Positions 30,301 through 39,750 of a stretch of 64,000 bases of DNA are shown in pieces. The stretch lies in NCBI GenBank assembly GCA_002633005.1, contig NMRA01000864.1:51660-115659 (forward strand). Reading direction: 5' to 3'. Every line of letters starts with the position of its first letter. The first letter of the stretch is position 1. The stretch comes from Phoronis australis. Its lineage: Eukaryota > Animalia > Phoronida. The position numbers were made by a program, and so were the translations under genes. Under the pieces are notes generated by a model. The model was given only the letters and a program-made list of their open reading frames with translations. It ran no database searches and was not told where the DNA came from.

Positions 30301-33300
30301 ACAGCGTTTCCTAGTGCTGCCTTGTCTTAATGACAGTCGTTCTTTACTAAGAGCTAGCCTTCCAGTTACACGGCTATTTCATAGACGGGAAGCCAGTTGC
30401 CCTGCTGCTGAGTAAATTATCAGTATTTTGGACACAGCAAAGATACTATTACAATACCAACAAGACGACACGTTACTAATCTCATTGTCACAATTTATTT
30501 CGTTACGTCAAAAACTCCTTGCTTGACCTCCTTTCTCTAACAAATGTATCAGTCAAGCATGAACTTATTTTTGCCAAATTGAATATTTTTCTGCCCACTT
30601 CAAAGACCAACCTGTGTCCGGCTCCATAGACTCATCAAGTGTGTTTTATAGTCGACTTGTGTGCCGTCACACAACTGCAGCGAAAGGTACCAACATGGGC
30701 GGCGCAACACTGAAAAAAGGTGGGGCTATAGCCCTCAGCCTCCCGGTAGTGCAGCGCCCACAGACAATGGGCAGCGTAGCACTGAAAAATGTGATGGGGC
30801 TATAGCCCCCCAGCCCTCTATGGTGCGCCTCCCATGACCAAATCTGCATCTTCAAAGCGAATGGCCTTCCTCCCCAACGAACCACCACAGCGTTCTCATT
30901 ATTAGTGTTCACAGGAACCGTATACTCGTGCGTTACCTTTTGCACACGTTATGAGAAAATAATTCCAGGTCACAAGAAAACCATCGGAGATAGTAAAATT
31001 GCATGAAGTTCATTAAAACTCTCCGAACTTCTCTCAGTCAACACTTCAAAATTTGACCGAAGTCTTTTTATCATAACTATTTCACTTGTGTTCACAAATA
31101 TATTTTTGCTCAGTGTATATCGAAGCCAAAATATGGCTTCAGGCTTAGTAATGACCGTAGAAAAGATTAAAGAGGCAAACCGATTACCAAAAGGTTTCAG
31201 AACATTACCGCGTCACTCTTTGGGAAGGTTTAAAAAATCGGGCTTAGGTGAATGAAACTCTATCAATGCATTGCAGTTTCCACCATCACGTTGTTGTATA
31301 TAACGGAGTGTTTTCAAAGATCAAACGTCTCACTGACTTTCAATGTCGTCACTTTTGCGGACATAAGCACTTGCACCGAAGTCATTGACCAGCAGTTTGC
31401 GATGGGATTGGTACACGGTGCGTAATCACGTGATTTTATGGTTCATTACGTTGCATTTCGACGTATATGTATGAACCCAAAACACGATACATTTCCCTAA
31501 ATATTATGATCTTTTCTTTGTCTACTCCAAAATCTCTTAAAAAACCTACTGATCTGGGTCAAAAACTATCAAATATTAAAGAAGTGATTGACACACTTAA
31601 GTACGGCGTTTTCCCGTTGCTCCCAACTTGTTCGAATCTGTTGCCCAACAACAAGTTGGGAAGTGTACCCCTGTAGCCAATATCTTACGCGACTAATGAA
31701 CTCCACTCTGGCATTCATGGCTGGAGGGCTAGCTCTCTCTTGTTCCATAATTGCTCTAATCTTCAAAAATATCGTATCTAGCCTGACTGGGCTGTGCTGT
31801 TAAAATGAAAGTTAAGTTATAACATATTTGAACATAAACCAATAGCATTTTGAAATCCTCGTCTAATGGTGATCGTGTTTAGTTTTTGAATCGCTCAGTA
31901 AAATCGCCCAACTGCATCCGAAGTTAAGATAATCTCCTCTTTCTGAATGTACCATTTCGCTCTTTGTTTGACGGAGTACACACGTGATCTGTAATAAGCC
32001 TGGTAGATCATTGGCCTGCCTGTTGTAATAACAGACAAAAGACTTTGCTTGGCAGTTAACGAAGAAACTACACTGTAGATTCTGCGACAAGCTCAGAACC
32101 CCCTTCGTCTGGTTAAGTCACTGCACGGAAAAACTCTGTTATGTAACCAAAGCCCAACTATAATTTTCTTCGCTGAATTTATGAGCGGATATAATCAATT
32201 ATGTATAGACTTGCAAGAGAATGAAATAGCGTAAACGATCGCATTTTCGAGAAAAAAAAGCTAATTGATTAAACTGTTTTTCCAGAAGCAATGTTCAGGG
32301 ATGTTTTTAGAAACAAAATCCCAGTCCAAGAAATAATTGTAGGACTGGGCTTTTCATGAAAATGCCAGGAATTAACACATCGCCAAGGTAAATCAGGAGA
32401 TAGATACAGCTATGTCGAAGTGGAGTTCCCTAATTTCTAAACAATTAGGACGTGTAACCAATTTGTATAAATACTTGGTACCAATACAATGTTGTAAAAG
32501 AAGGAACAGTTTCAAGAAGACTGAAAATTACCCACACATCGAGATACAGAATGACGGAATAACAGCAGCTCTACTGTTTTCACACTAGTACTTGTTTTTA
32601 ACGAGACCCAATGTTAGACATAACAATTCCAATCCCTGAAAAAGCACGTGATTTGCACATGGTATGTATTCATTAAGTCATATTTGGAGGTCAGTAATTC
32701 TGCACTTTGACTCCTCAAAAATAGACTGAAGCAATGCAGGTCTCCATGTGATTCGACCCGTCCTCGTTTGAAATACACTGCTTTATCACTACGGCAACAG
32801 CACGTCACCGAACTCGATAGTCAGTTCTTGACGTCATATTTGTATTTAAATAACCATAAAATATAAGCCACCAGGTGCATGCAAACCTGCATCAAGGCAT
32901 TGCATCCTTCATCCTGTATTGCACAAAAGGTGTGTTTTCAAACAGTAAATAGTTCACTGACTTTCAGTACATCTCATGCCCTTGGACTTGAGCTCGACCA
33001 CTAATCATAAGTTCCTTCCCCCCAAATTTAATTGGCTGTTCATTTACTCATTCCAAGCAGCCCACAAAAGATTTTCCACAATCCTATCATAATAATTGGG
33101 ATAAGTGGTAGTTAACTGTTTAATGATTGATCTAGATTCCATCAAAAATACGAGCGTATGAACCTCACAAATCAATAATACAACGACCACTGTTCCGCCT
33201 CGTTCATTATAACAATCTTGAAGTCTGAAAACCAGCATATTGACCTCGGTGAAAGTCAATGATTATGTTATGTTTAATTACAAATACAAACCCTGTAGTA

Positions 33301-34401
33301 CATTTGGCATGACCTTTTCTGACCAAGAGGCTTCGGAAGTAAATATGCACCAGGCCCTTATAATAAGAGGCATTGGGTTGGAGACTACGTCGTGGTGTGA
33401 CCCTCCAACCGCGATTAATGTAGATTGGCAATGTAGGAAGAATTCCATGGAATATAACATTGAAACAATTTATTTCAAGTCACTGAAGCTGTTAATCTTA
33501 AATCATAAGAATGTATACATGTGTACATAATTAAACTCGCACGGTACAAAATTCGTCCAATATTATGACACGTCAGCGAGCATACTAAAATTATTTACAT
33601 TGGAACCTCGTAAGGCTTACCGATAAGACAAATACATTTAATTCCCCAGACGAACATGACATTTCCAGTTTTAAAAAGTTTTACTTTTTGCTGCTGATTT
33701 TGACCCACTTTGTTCGTTCTTATTTTTAAATCTCTATTTCGCCAGTGCTAAACAACACAAACTAATTAGTCATTTCACCTTCATCAAATCGGTCCCATAG
33801 ACCTTATTCACGCAGTCGTCATTTTAAAAGTGAGCACCTAATTAAGTTTGATTGCGGAATGCATTGTTTCAAAAACCTAAATAGAGGCTTACTTTTAAAA
33901 TGGCGACTGCGTTAGTAACAACGCTTTCACTTTGGTGATATTTTTAACCGCAAGAGCGCTATATTTCACAATTTAACATTTCCAAGCGAAGAAGAGCGAC
34001 GTGTAGCTTTAAGTGACACTGAGAACCCCATTTAAATGTGCCTACTAGAGTGTCCGTTACAATTTCTTCTCATCGATAGCGATGAGATTGAACACTAAAT
34101 CCCAGCATTCTTTAACTTTTCACCATTTACACTGCCAACGTGGAACTTTCAAACTGAAAATATCACACGTGGGTAAACTGGACAAAAAAAAATGTTCGTA
34201 AAGAGCTCCTACAATACAGCCTGAGGGTCCACTAACGTATAATTACAGTTATAGCTATAGTTATGTTACCTTGTTAATTCCATCCTTTGTTGTTAAGTTT
34301 ACTTTGTTCCCTGCCGCAGTGATCGGGTCTTCAGCGCTACTAGCGGTGATCATGACAACGATCACATAAAGATGTACGAGCAAAACTACGTTGTGCATCA
34401 T
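125..34401 (-). CDS. Gene A (3'-partial): secreted astacin-family (M12A) metalloprotease, SP-pro-astacin-EGF-CUB-EGF-MAM-sushi...; 18 exons
   Basis: Exons 34270-34401, 31689-31796, 26729-26764, 26303-26347, 25785-25887, 22892-23021, 21923-22001, 17906-18097, 16177-16306, 14907-15032, 13919-14022, 11330-11600, 7918-8034, 6186-6280, 2629-2758, 1880-2076, 1249-1339, 125-304. All junctions are GT-AG with compatible phases and no stop codon; the HExxHxxGxxHExxRxDRD and SxMHY motifs are present. The prodomain exons are less certain. Confidence 0.9.
1249..1339 (-). CDS. Gene A exon: MAM domain part 4
   Basis: FAFEYTRRSFKADVAVDHVETWPGSCNEKP (D.A.D...GSC); phase 0-1. Confidence 0.88.
1880..2076 (-). 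CDS. Gene A exon: MAM domain part 3
   Basis: PLSDGRCISFCLHMYGSSV...NLGDQWVCEKITIDPRTDGVTVW; phase 1-0. Confidence 0.9.
2629..2758 (-). CDS. Gene A exon: MAM domain part 2
   Basis: GKTTTFGTGPSSGYDGSSNYMYCEASYPVKNNYKAILSSASDF|gtaagt (TGP...YMY.EAS...A.L.S). Confidence 0.9.
3495..4591. repeat. 548-bp head-to-tail duplication joined by a single N (4043)
   Basis: 3495-4042 versus 4044-4591, about 9 differences. Confidence 0.92.
6186..6280 (-). CDS. Gene A exon: MAM domain part 1
   Basis: DPSKVITDDFEDSSVILMVNLREDDFDWTRHV|gtaag (DFE...DDFDWTR). Confidence 0.9.
6899..7092. mobile_element. Small MITE (TIR ...TTATTCAYGNAGTCGCCATTTT)
   Basis: cttattcatgtagtcgccatttt ... aaaatggcgactccgtgaatgagg inverted pair; a related copy lies at 33797. 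Confidence 0.65.
7918..8034 (-). CDS. Gene A exon: EGF domain
   Basis: DSCLDNPCGPGSTCVPDIENLTYTCRCAPLFIGVNCTQL; canonical 6 Cys, phase 1-1, 117 nt. Confidence 0.93.
8623..8968. mobile_element. MITE with ~55-bp imperfect TIRs (Harbinger-like terminus)
   Basis: Left gggcccggttgtatgaaacaatc..gactcaacaaagttcc versus reverse complement of the right end gtgccaagttgcatgaatcattc..gactcaactaagttcc. Confidence 0.65.
9660..10195. repeat. 16-bp minisatellite (GTCCGGGACATATAGA)n, with degenerate flanks ~9390-10340
   Basis: Direct inspection; explains the repetitive ORFs at 9369-10428. Confidence 0.95.
11330..11600 (-). CDS. Gene A exon: CUB domain C-half (no cysteines)
   Basis: GPPGSVINLQSTTFDMG...VEIRSNMLGQDGPIYGG...AVFVATATDVR; phase 0-1. 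Confidence 0.85.
13919..14022 (-). CDS. Gene A exon: CUB domain N-half
   Basis: GCGGVRLLQKIGDAVQLKFESTPGDISRKCVYVVQ (CGG...C.Y); phase 1-0. Confidence 0.85.
14907..15032 (-). CDS. Gene A exon: EGF-like domain after the protease domain
   Basis: GTCDSQVDCNKGYALKSAIGDCFCKCPSNLGGPTCEDVITDT; 6 Cys, phase 1-1. Confidence 0.9.
16177..16306 (-). CDS. Gene A exon: astacin C-terminal part
   Basis: AYALPGTVVFRTIPDGAYDFLTGQRVEISYYDVLTINIAYKCI contains the GQR..S..D...IN..Y.C motif; donor gtgagc. Confidence 0.93.
17906..18097 (-). CDS. Gene A exon: astacin zinc-binding motif and Met-turn
   Basis: HGIIIHEILHALGHFHEHVREDRDRFIRLYPENIESGFAFNYDITKTTLLASYDYQSVMHYGPK|gtaagt. Confidence 0.97.
21923..22001 (-). 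CDS. Gene A exon: astacin domain (CYSxIG)
   Basis: ttttccaaaccag|CYSVIGHVKGRQAIELVHTTTSTCLI|gtaagt; phase 2-0. Confidence 0.9.
22480..22740. repeat. Degenerate (ATT/ATC)n microsatellite
   Basis: attattattatcattgttactatcactattatc... Confidence 0.9.
22892..23021 (-). CDS. Gene A exon: astacin domain (TCVRF)
   Basis: cattttcag|IDQALSEEKIKAALRTISDTTCVRFVEVNASFSGDMILFQSSQR|gtagag; phase 1-2. Confidence 0.9.
24519..25738 (-). mobile_element. Non-autonomous Helentron/HINE (DINE-1-like) element with internal ~430-bp tandem units
   Basis: Sub-TIRs ACTCTGCGCGTG (24555-24566) and CACGCGCAGAGT (25724-25735); perfect hairpin TTATTGTCACG-G-CGTGACAATAA (24529-24551); minus-strand 3' end CTAGTT; AAG/AATAAG microsatellite ~25660-25712; units recur near 24657, 25089 and 25514. 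Confidence 0.8.
25785..25887 (-). CDS. Gene A exon: activation site and start of astacin domain
   Basis: ttttttctttcag|RQNVQKRRVSGNVWSTALSGAQAIPYAFDPDNPF|gtatgt; basic KRR site followed by the astacin W...IPY motif. Confidence 0.85.
25910..26220. repeat. 52-bp tandem repeat, ~6 copies
   Basis: catacacgcaaatctacatgtaagtcact...gtactatttagt recurring every ~52 bp. Confidence 0.9.
26303..26347 (-). CDS. Gene A putative prodomain micro-exon (45 nt)
   Basis: gtttttcag|SADKASVNEYIQRLT|gtaagt; phase 0-0, consensus splice sites. Confidence 0.55.
26729..26764 (-). CDS. Gene A putative prodomain micro-exon (36 nt)
   Basis: ttgtttcag|SLKSEFTDDSGR|gtaagt; phase 0-0, consensus splice sites. Confidence 0.55.
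27001..27108. repeat. 26-bp tandem repeat, 4 copies
   Basis: gactcacccgtttgaccacaactttt at 27005, 27031, 27057 and 27083. Confidence 0.92.
28971..29407. repeat. Inverted-repeat element (~65-bp arms); core motif also at 30002-30026
   Basis: acgcccgaaggcttatctacggaaaatccggta versus taccggagatttccgtagataagccctgggcgt. Confidence 0.65.
30695..30838. repeat. Tandem pair of ~70-bp GC-rich mini-TIR elements; related fragment at ~13493-13530
   Basis: catgggcggcgca..ctgaaaaa..ggggctatagccc..agcc twice, ending tgcgcctcccatg. Confidence 0.55.
31689..31796 (-). CDS. Gene A putative prodomain exon
   Basis: tttcattttaacag|HSPVRLDTIFLKIRAIMEQERASPPAMNARVEFISR|gtaaga; 108 nt, phase 0-0; no motif support. 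Confidence 0.55.
33797..33915. mobile_element. Small MITE, same TIR family as 6899
   Basis: atagaccttattcacgcagtcgtcattttaaaagtgagc ... gcttacttttaaaatggcgactgcgt. Confidence 0.65.
34270..34401 (-). CDS. Gene A exon 1: signal peptide
   Basis: MMHNVVLLVHLYVIVVMITASSA-EDPITAAGNKVNLTTKDGINK has a hydrophobic core and an S-S-A cleavage site; donor AAG|gtaaca. An upstream in-frame ATG at 34452 is an alternative start. Confidence 0.7.
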
Positions 34402-37400
34402 GCAAAAAAGTTTGGAGCCACGAGCTGTCACAGCAGGCAAGTTGGGCCTCATTACTCCGTCTCCAGTTTACACTGCATAGTGACTTTCTAACATGCCCGA
34501 CTTGGATATGTAAAATCTTTATCGCATGATCGACATCCACCTTGACCTTCCTGTCAATCAAATCCTTTGGCATGCTTTCCACCTTTCAGTTGACGTCTTG
34601 AATTGGTTAAGTTATTAACAAGGATCTGTATGCATTGGAAAACTGTGGCTTTGCAAATTGAATTGACAAACGTCAACAAAATATTTCTTGCTTCTTCGAC
34701 GTTTTGCACTCATATAGGGGCAAAGCATTTTTTTGCGTCAAAGCATTGCGAAATTGTTGTCCAACGGTTATTCATTAATGCATGTCGTTGTAGAATGGCC
34801 ACTCGTTTCTAACGTCCATGTTTTTTTGAGAATTTCATTTATTGTAGGGATAACTAAGTGTCATTTCAATAAATATTGATTAAATCAAATCGTTTATTGA
34901 TTTAAAATGGGACTCCTACCAATCCATGATTGTTTGAATTGGCAAAAACGTGTTCAATATAAACGAACAGCTGGTCAACAGTGTCTATCACGCGTTCAAA
35001 ATAGGATCGCAACTACATGTACATGTATGTGTCACCGTACACTTCTGAGATCTCGTGAAGTCGAGTATCGAAGTGGTTTTGTATCATTTAATTTACTGGA
35101 TACGTCAGTTTGACATTAGTTTCGAGCTTCGCAGACAACAAGTATATGATGAATTATAACACAGAGTAAGATCGACGAGTAGAAATTAAGAATTCCGAGA
35201 TTCTTCAAGGGCAAATTTCATAGTATGAAAGGAGTTGATATTCAAAGAGACATATTGTCATTCATGTTACAGTATCACTTTCCTGCAACACTACAACGCC
35301 CTGACAGACTGTTCTATGATTACCCACAATGCTGCATATCTGTGGGACACCTGTTTTACAGGTGTACACTACTGGCACTCTAATCACAATTTTATATTAA
35401 AAGTAGTTTCTCATTTGTCATTCTGGTATGAATAACGTTATATTGACGTTAGGCGACCCAAAAATGAAAATATAAATAATAAAAATGCTGAACAATGAAT
35501 GATAAAACTTTCTGCACTCACTTGACCCTATTAAGAAGTGGGTTAGTGGCACTAAACTTTCAAAATAGGCCAATCACTGGAGTTTGTTCTACTTCCGCAA
35601 GTGGTGAGCGACCAGTGCGGTCATATTTCACCAGGATTGCGTAAACGTCAAATTCAGGAACAAGTACTGTCGGTGCCTAGGTGTCTCTTAGCAACTCCAA
35701 TGTGCTGTGTGTTTTGTGTTTTGAGTAATACATCAAGCATACCGTTCCAATCTCATCGAGCAGGGTTTCACGAAACGGGCTTGGCAATATTTCTTTAGCG
35801 TTGGCACGATATAAGAATATACATGTACACACCGTAGATTGAGCAGCCTTCGATTCCTGGCTGCGGCCATCATTTCACACGCAGCCGTACATGTACATGT
35901 TTAACTTTGCACTCTCTGAAAGTAAGTCACCTCTAACTTCTCACCTACATTCGGCTTCGTGTAACCCAGTACTAGTCACGTTTGCGATTGTAATTAACTT
36001 ATACAAATTGTAATTATTTGATGACTATAGCAAGATGGGTTTTGCTCAGTGAACAAACACCAATGAAGTAAACGAGGGGAATGAGATTATAATATGATAC
36101 GGCTAAACAGTGGCTCTCAAATGGAATGAAAAGCAAAAAGAATAAAGAATTGTTTTGATAGGGTTGTCAGCGTTCGATACTGCTGCAACCAAAATCATTT
36201 CTATGACCAGTCACGTGTAAGCAGATAGCAGATTCGTCAAATCTTGCTAGTTTTAGTCTAGGCTACCTCTCTCGTTAGAATTTCAGTTCCGATGAAATTT
36301 GTCAGCACTGAGTAAGTGTCGCTTTAACGTAAGTCACGCACGCACGGTATCAAATAACTGTCGAGCGTCAAAGGGTTTTAAACAGTACAATGATACGCAC
36401 TGACATTTCTATAATGTTTGAGTAGATTTGCTTGTTCTACATAACACTTGTTTTACTTAAAACGCTTCTACCAGGACGCTGTGCCTCAAAAAGAATTTTA
36501 TTAACACATATTGAAAGATTTAATAGCCTTTATTATATACTTTGCTAAGAAACAAGCAACGGGTTAAAATAAAAATGTGTTATGGGGGTTGTACTGTACG
36601 TAATGAGTCGAACACTGTCTCCGCCGTTATACATTGTAGGTTTAACCAGCGCGATGGGACGAGGAAAGTCCGCGGAAAGCCACCCTTGTCAGACATGAAT
36701 AAGTGGGTTTGTGAGGCTATAGTTACGCCTCTGAGTTCAAATTGCCTAAATACGTGAAAGTTGGTCAAAAATTGCATCGGTTTGTGCCCTGCAAGAGAGT
36801 GTGGACAGTTAGTGCTGAGAATGCGATTCAGTCCGGAATCACAATTTGTTGGCACCTTTCAAGTGATCGTGTTTCGACCAAACGCAAAAATGGCGTTACA
36901 GTGAAGGATTTGCAACCTTATAAGTATATTTGCAAATTTAAGAACTACTGAACAGACTGCTTCAGTTCCAGGGTGCGTGATGCCAGGCCCTCGACACGGG
37001 CCAAGATCGAGTGCTAAGACGTATGCACCATGCTTAAAACGTGCTCACTCCATCATGGCAATAGTGAATGCGAGTGACCAAAATTTTATAAATGTAGGCC
37101 TACTGTGGCCTTTGTCATTGATTATTGAGTGTCGATTATTTTGTATCGACCAGTCCTTACTTCAGTTGGTTGCGGTTAACACACGTCTGCAGGTTTGTTC
37201 GTGAAGGTGGACAGAGGTCATATGGCTCTAAAGCCGACGACAGCTCGGTAAGTGGGAAATCGAATTCCATTCCTTGTCTGAATCTTCAAGTACTTGCGTG
37301 TGATGACCTAATCCTGTCTTCTCGTACATGTAGTCAGCATAATAATTGCTCAGTTCTCGCTCACAATCCTCAGTCCTCACCCTCTGATCTGCTGTGTTTC

Positions 37401-38770
37401 ACCATTGCAGTTGATTGTCAGGTGATCAACACTCATCCACCCAATACATCATTTGGCGGGAAACTTGAAAATATTTGTCGCGTCTTTTTGGCATAAAAAT
37501 GCTTATTTACATGTAGTTAGATGTTATGGTACTTATTTCATAGTAGCGAAATGAAAGTTGAAAATCCACGAATGTGCATGGTGGGAACTCTTTATTGTAT
37601 TTGTGATTTTGTTTAATCCAATTGTACACTGTACCTTTCATTAATTTACAATGTACACGTGCTTTCTCTTTATCAACGCGTACTTCTAATCACGTGTATT
37701 TTTGCTTAACCTACGCGTACTTTTAAGTACACTTACATATAAGTATCTTAAACTATCACGAGTGTTTTTCTCTTTCTCAACTAATATGGGTGCACGTGCG
37801 TGATTGGACTATATGAACTGATTAAGGGTTCGAGTAGATTATACAATATCACACGAGTAGATGGATCACATTTCTACGCAAAGAAAGATGGCCGTTTAAG
37901 AAACCTTCGGGGGTGTTGGATCGTGTAGTCGCTGCCCTAACAGGCATTAAAAGTCAACATTTATGTCAAAAAACTTCAAAATTGGCTGCATTTGATCCAC
38001 ATTGAAGGGAAGAGCTCATTAGAAATTCAAATCAAATAAGACAAAGTCGTCGCACTTAACTTGTTGTTAAAATCCAAAAAGATGCTGCAGGACTGTTACG
38101 CGAATACCAGTGACACTAACCCTTGTATTGGAGTTGTTTTTACATTCAATGGTGTAAGCGATAAGCTAGATACCTTCTGCTTACGATCGACATTTAGCAA
38201 TCTCTCCGCTGCTGAAAGTGGATTTTGAGTACTTTGGGATTATTTTCAAGACTTGGATCCATCTGCCGCAAGTTTCGCCCAATTACCTTGCGTTTACGGG
38301 ACGCGTCTTAGCTTTACGGCTTGATCTAAGCTCCATTTAGATCATGTAAAATTATTACTGAACAGGTGTTTTTGTCAAGCTCTGTCAAACACGTTTCTGG
38401 TGCTAATATGGAGTTGAGAGCAACGACCTTCCTTCTCTAGATTACTTAACTGATGAAACGCGCGGCAGCGATGTAGCGTTATTATTAACATCAGATGTAT
38501 CACCTGGTATCTGTCCAGGGGTTGATCGTGTATTAGAGGTTCGTTGCTCAATGCATTGTTTATACGAAATACTATACCCCGTTGCATGGTGTCATGAGTG
38601 CTGAACTGCACATCGGAATGACGTTTCATTAACAACGTGAACAGATTACGTTTTTGCACAACTCAAAGTGCCCCCAGGATGTAAGTCAGTTTCACCCGAA
38701 ATTTGCGCAGTTCCCACCCAAGTGTCGATACCGCCAAATGTTCCCCTGTACCCTGAAATTAACCTCAATC

Positions 38771-39750
38771 CATAGGCGGACTTATGGGGTCCACCCCCCC
38801 CCTTGGCTGCCGCAAAAAATAAAACAGCAAGAGCGTAGGGAAATGTTGAGTTTATTAATTAACCCCGGTAATTAACATTATGCGGCTGATTTAATTGTGT
38901 GAAGTTTTAGTGTCTTTTGGGGGGTGTCTCAGATCCAATTTCAAGTGTCGAATTCGGAACAAGGCGCATTCGTAACGGAACTATGGCTAAGTATAGGCTC
39001 TCCCGCGATATCCTCAGGCGACCGGCAGTGGCGCTGCGCACTACGACTTCGTTTCCGTCGTCTGCTTCACTGTGCAATGAAGAAAATTACTTCATTTTTT
39101 AAAGAAAAGGGAATCTGATTGACGATGAAAAAACAGTAGCTGCTGGTAAGATGTGAACTTTAATCGAAGCCTTAGTGAATCACTCAGAAACTCATAATTC
39201 TATCTTTGTCAAACCTTAACTTAAGTTGATTTCCAAAGCAATCGCGTCACTAATGCCAACACAAAAAACGGATTTGGCCTTTTGAACAATTGATGACTAT
39301 TTTAAATACAACAAATTTGTTACGAACTGATTGCACAAAAGATAAAAACTGCAATAAGCATTAAAAAAGGAAGGATGTTTCGCGCACAAACGCCGTGGAC
39401 CATAAACAAGTAGGTCTCTCAATGACCGGATACTAGTAGAATTGTGGTGGTGCAGTGATAAAGCACGTGCGCTGTGTACGCCAGGTCGTGAGTACGAGTC
39501 TGTGGTGAATGCAGATTTTCAGGTTTCCTTGTTTTCTTTTTCGTTGCCTTTTTTCTTGGATATTAATTCAGGATTCAAGGAAAATGCGTGATGTTTAGAG
39601 GAAAAAACAGAAACATTTTCTTGGGTAGGGGGGGCAAACTCCCCTCCCGACCTCCCCCCATTCGGTGCTATGCGCATCTACAATCGTGATTTGCGCAAAT
39701 GTTTACAAACAGAATGCTGCCCCCCTTGTGATATTCTAGATCCGCCACTG
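38771..39750. mobile_element. Non-autonomous TIR-type element, copy 1 (intergenic)
   Basis: Imperfect TIRs CATAGGCGGA / TCCGCCACTG; flanking CAATC on both sides (38766-38770, 39751-39755) is a candidate TSD; the interior is clearly homologous to 63249-64000. Confidence 0.8.

Noticed and set aside
35845-35872. tRNA-like 3' fragment ttcgattcctggctgcggcca
   Set aside because: No A-box or cloverleaf upstream, so no tRNA gene is supportable.
36977-37496. Intergenic ORFs of 75-123 aa between genes A and B
   Set aside because: No motif, no convincing exon chain; consistent with chance ORFs or repeat remnants.
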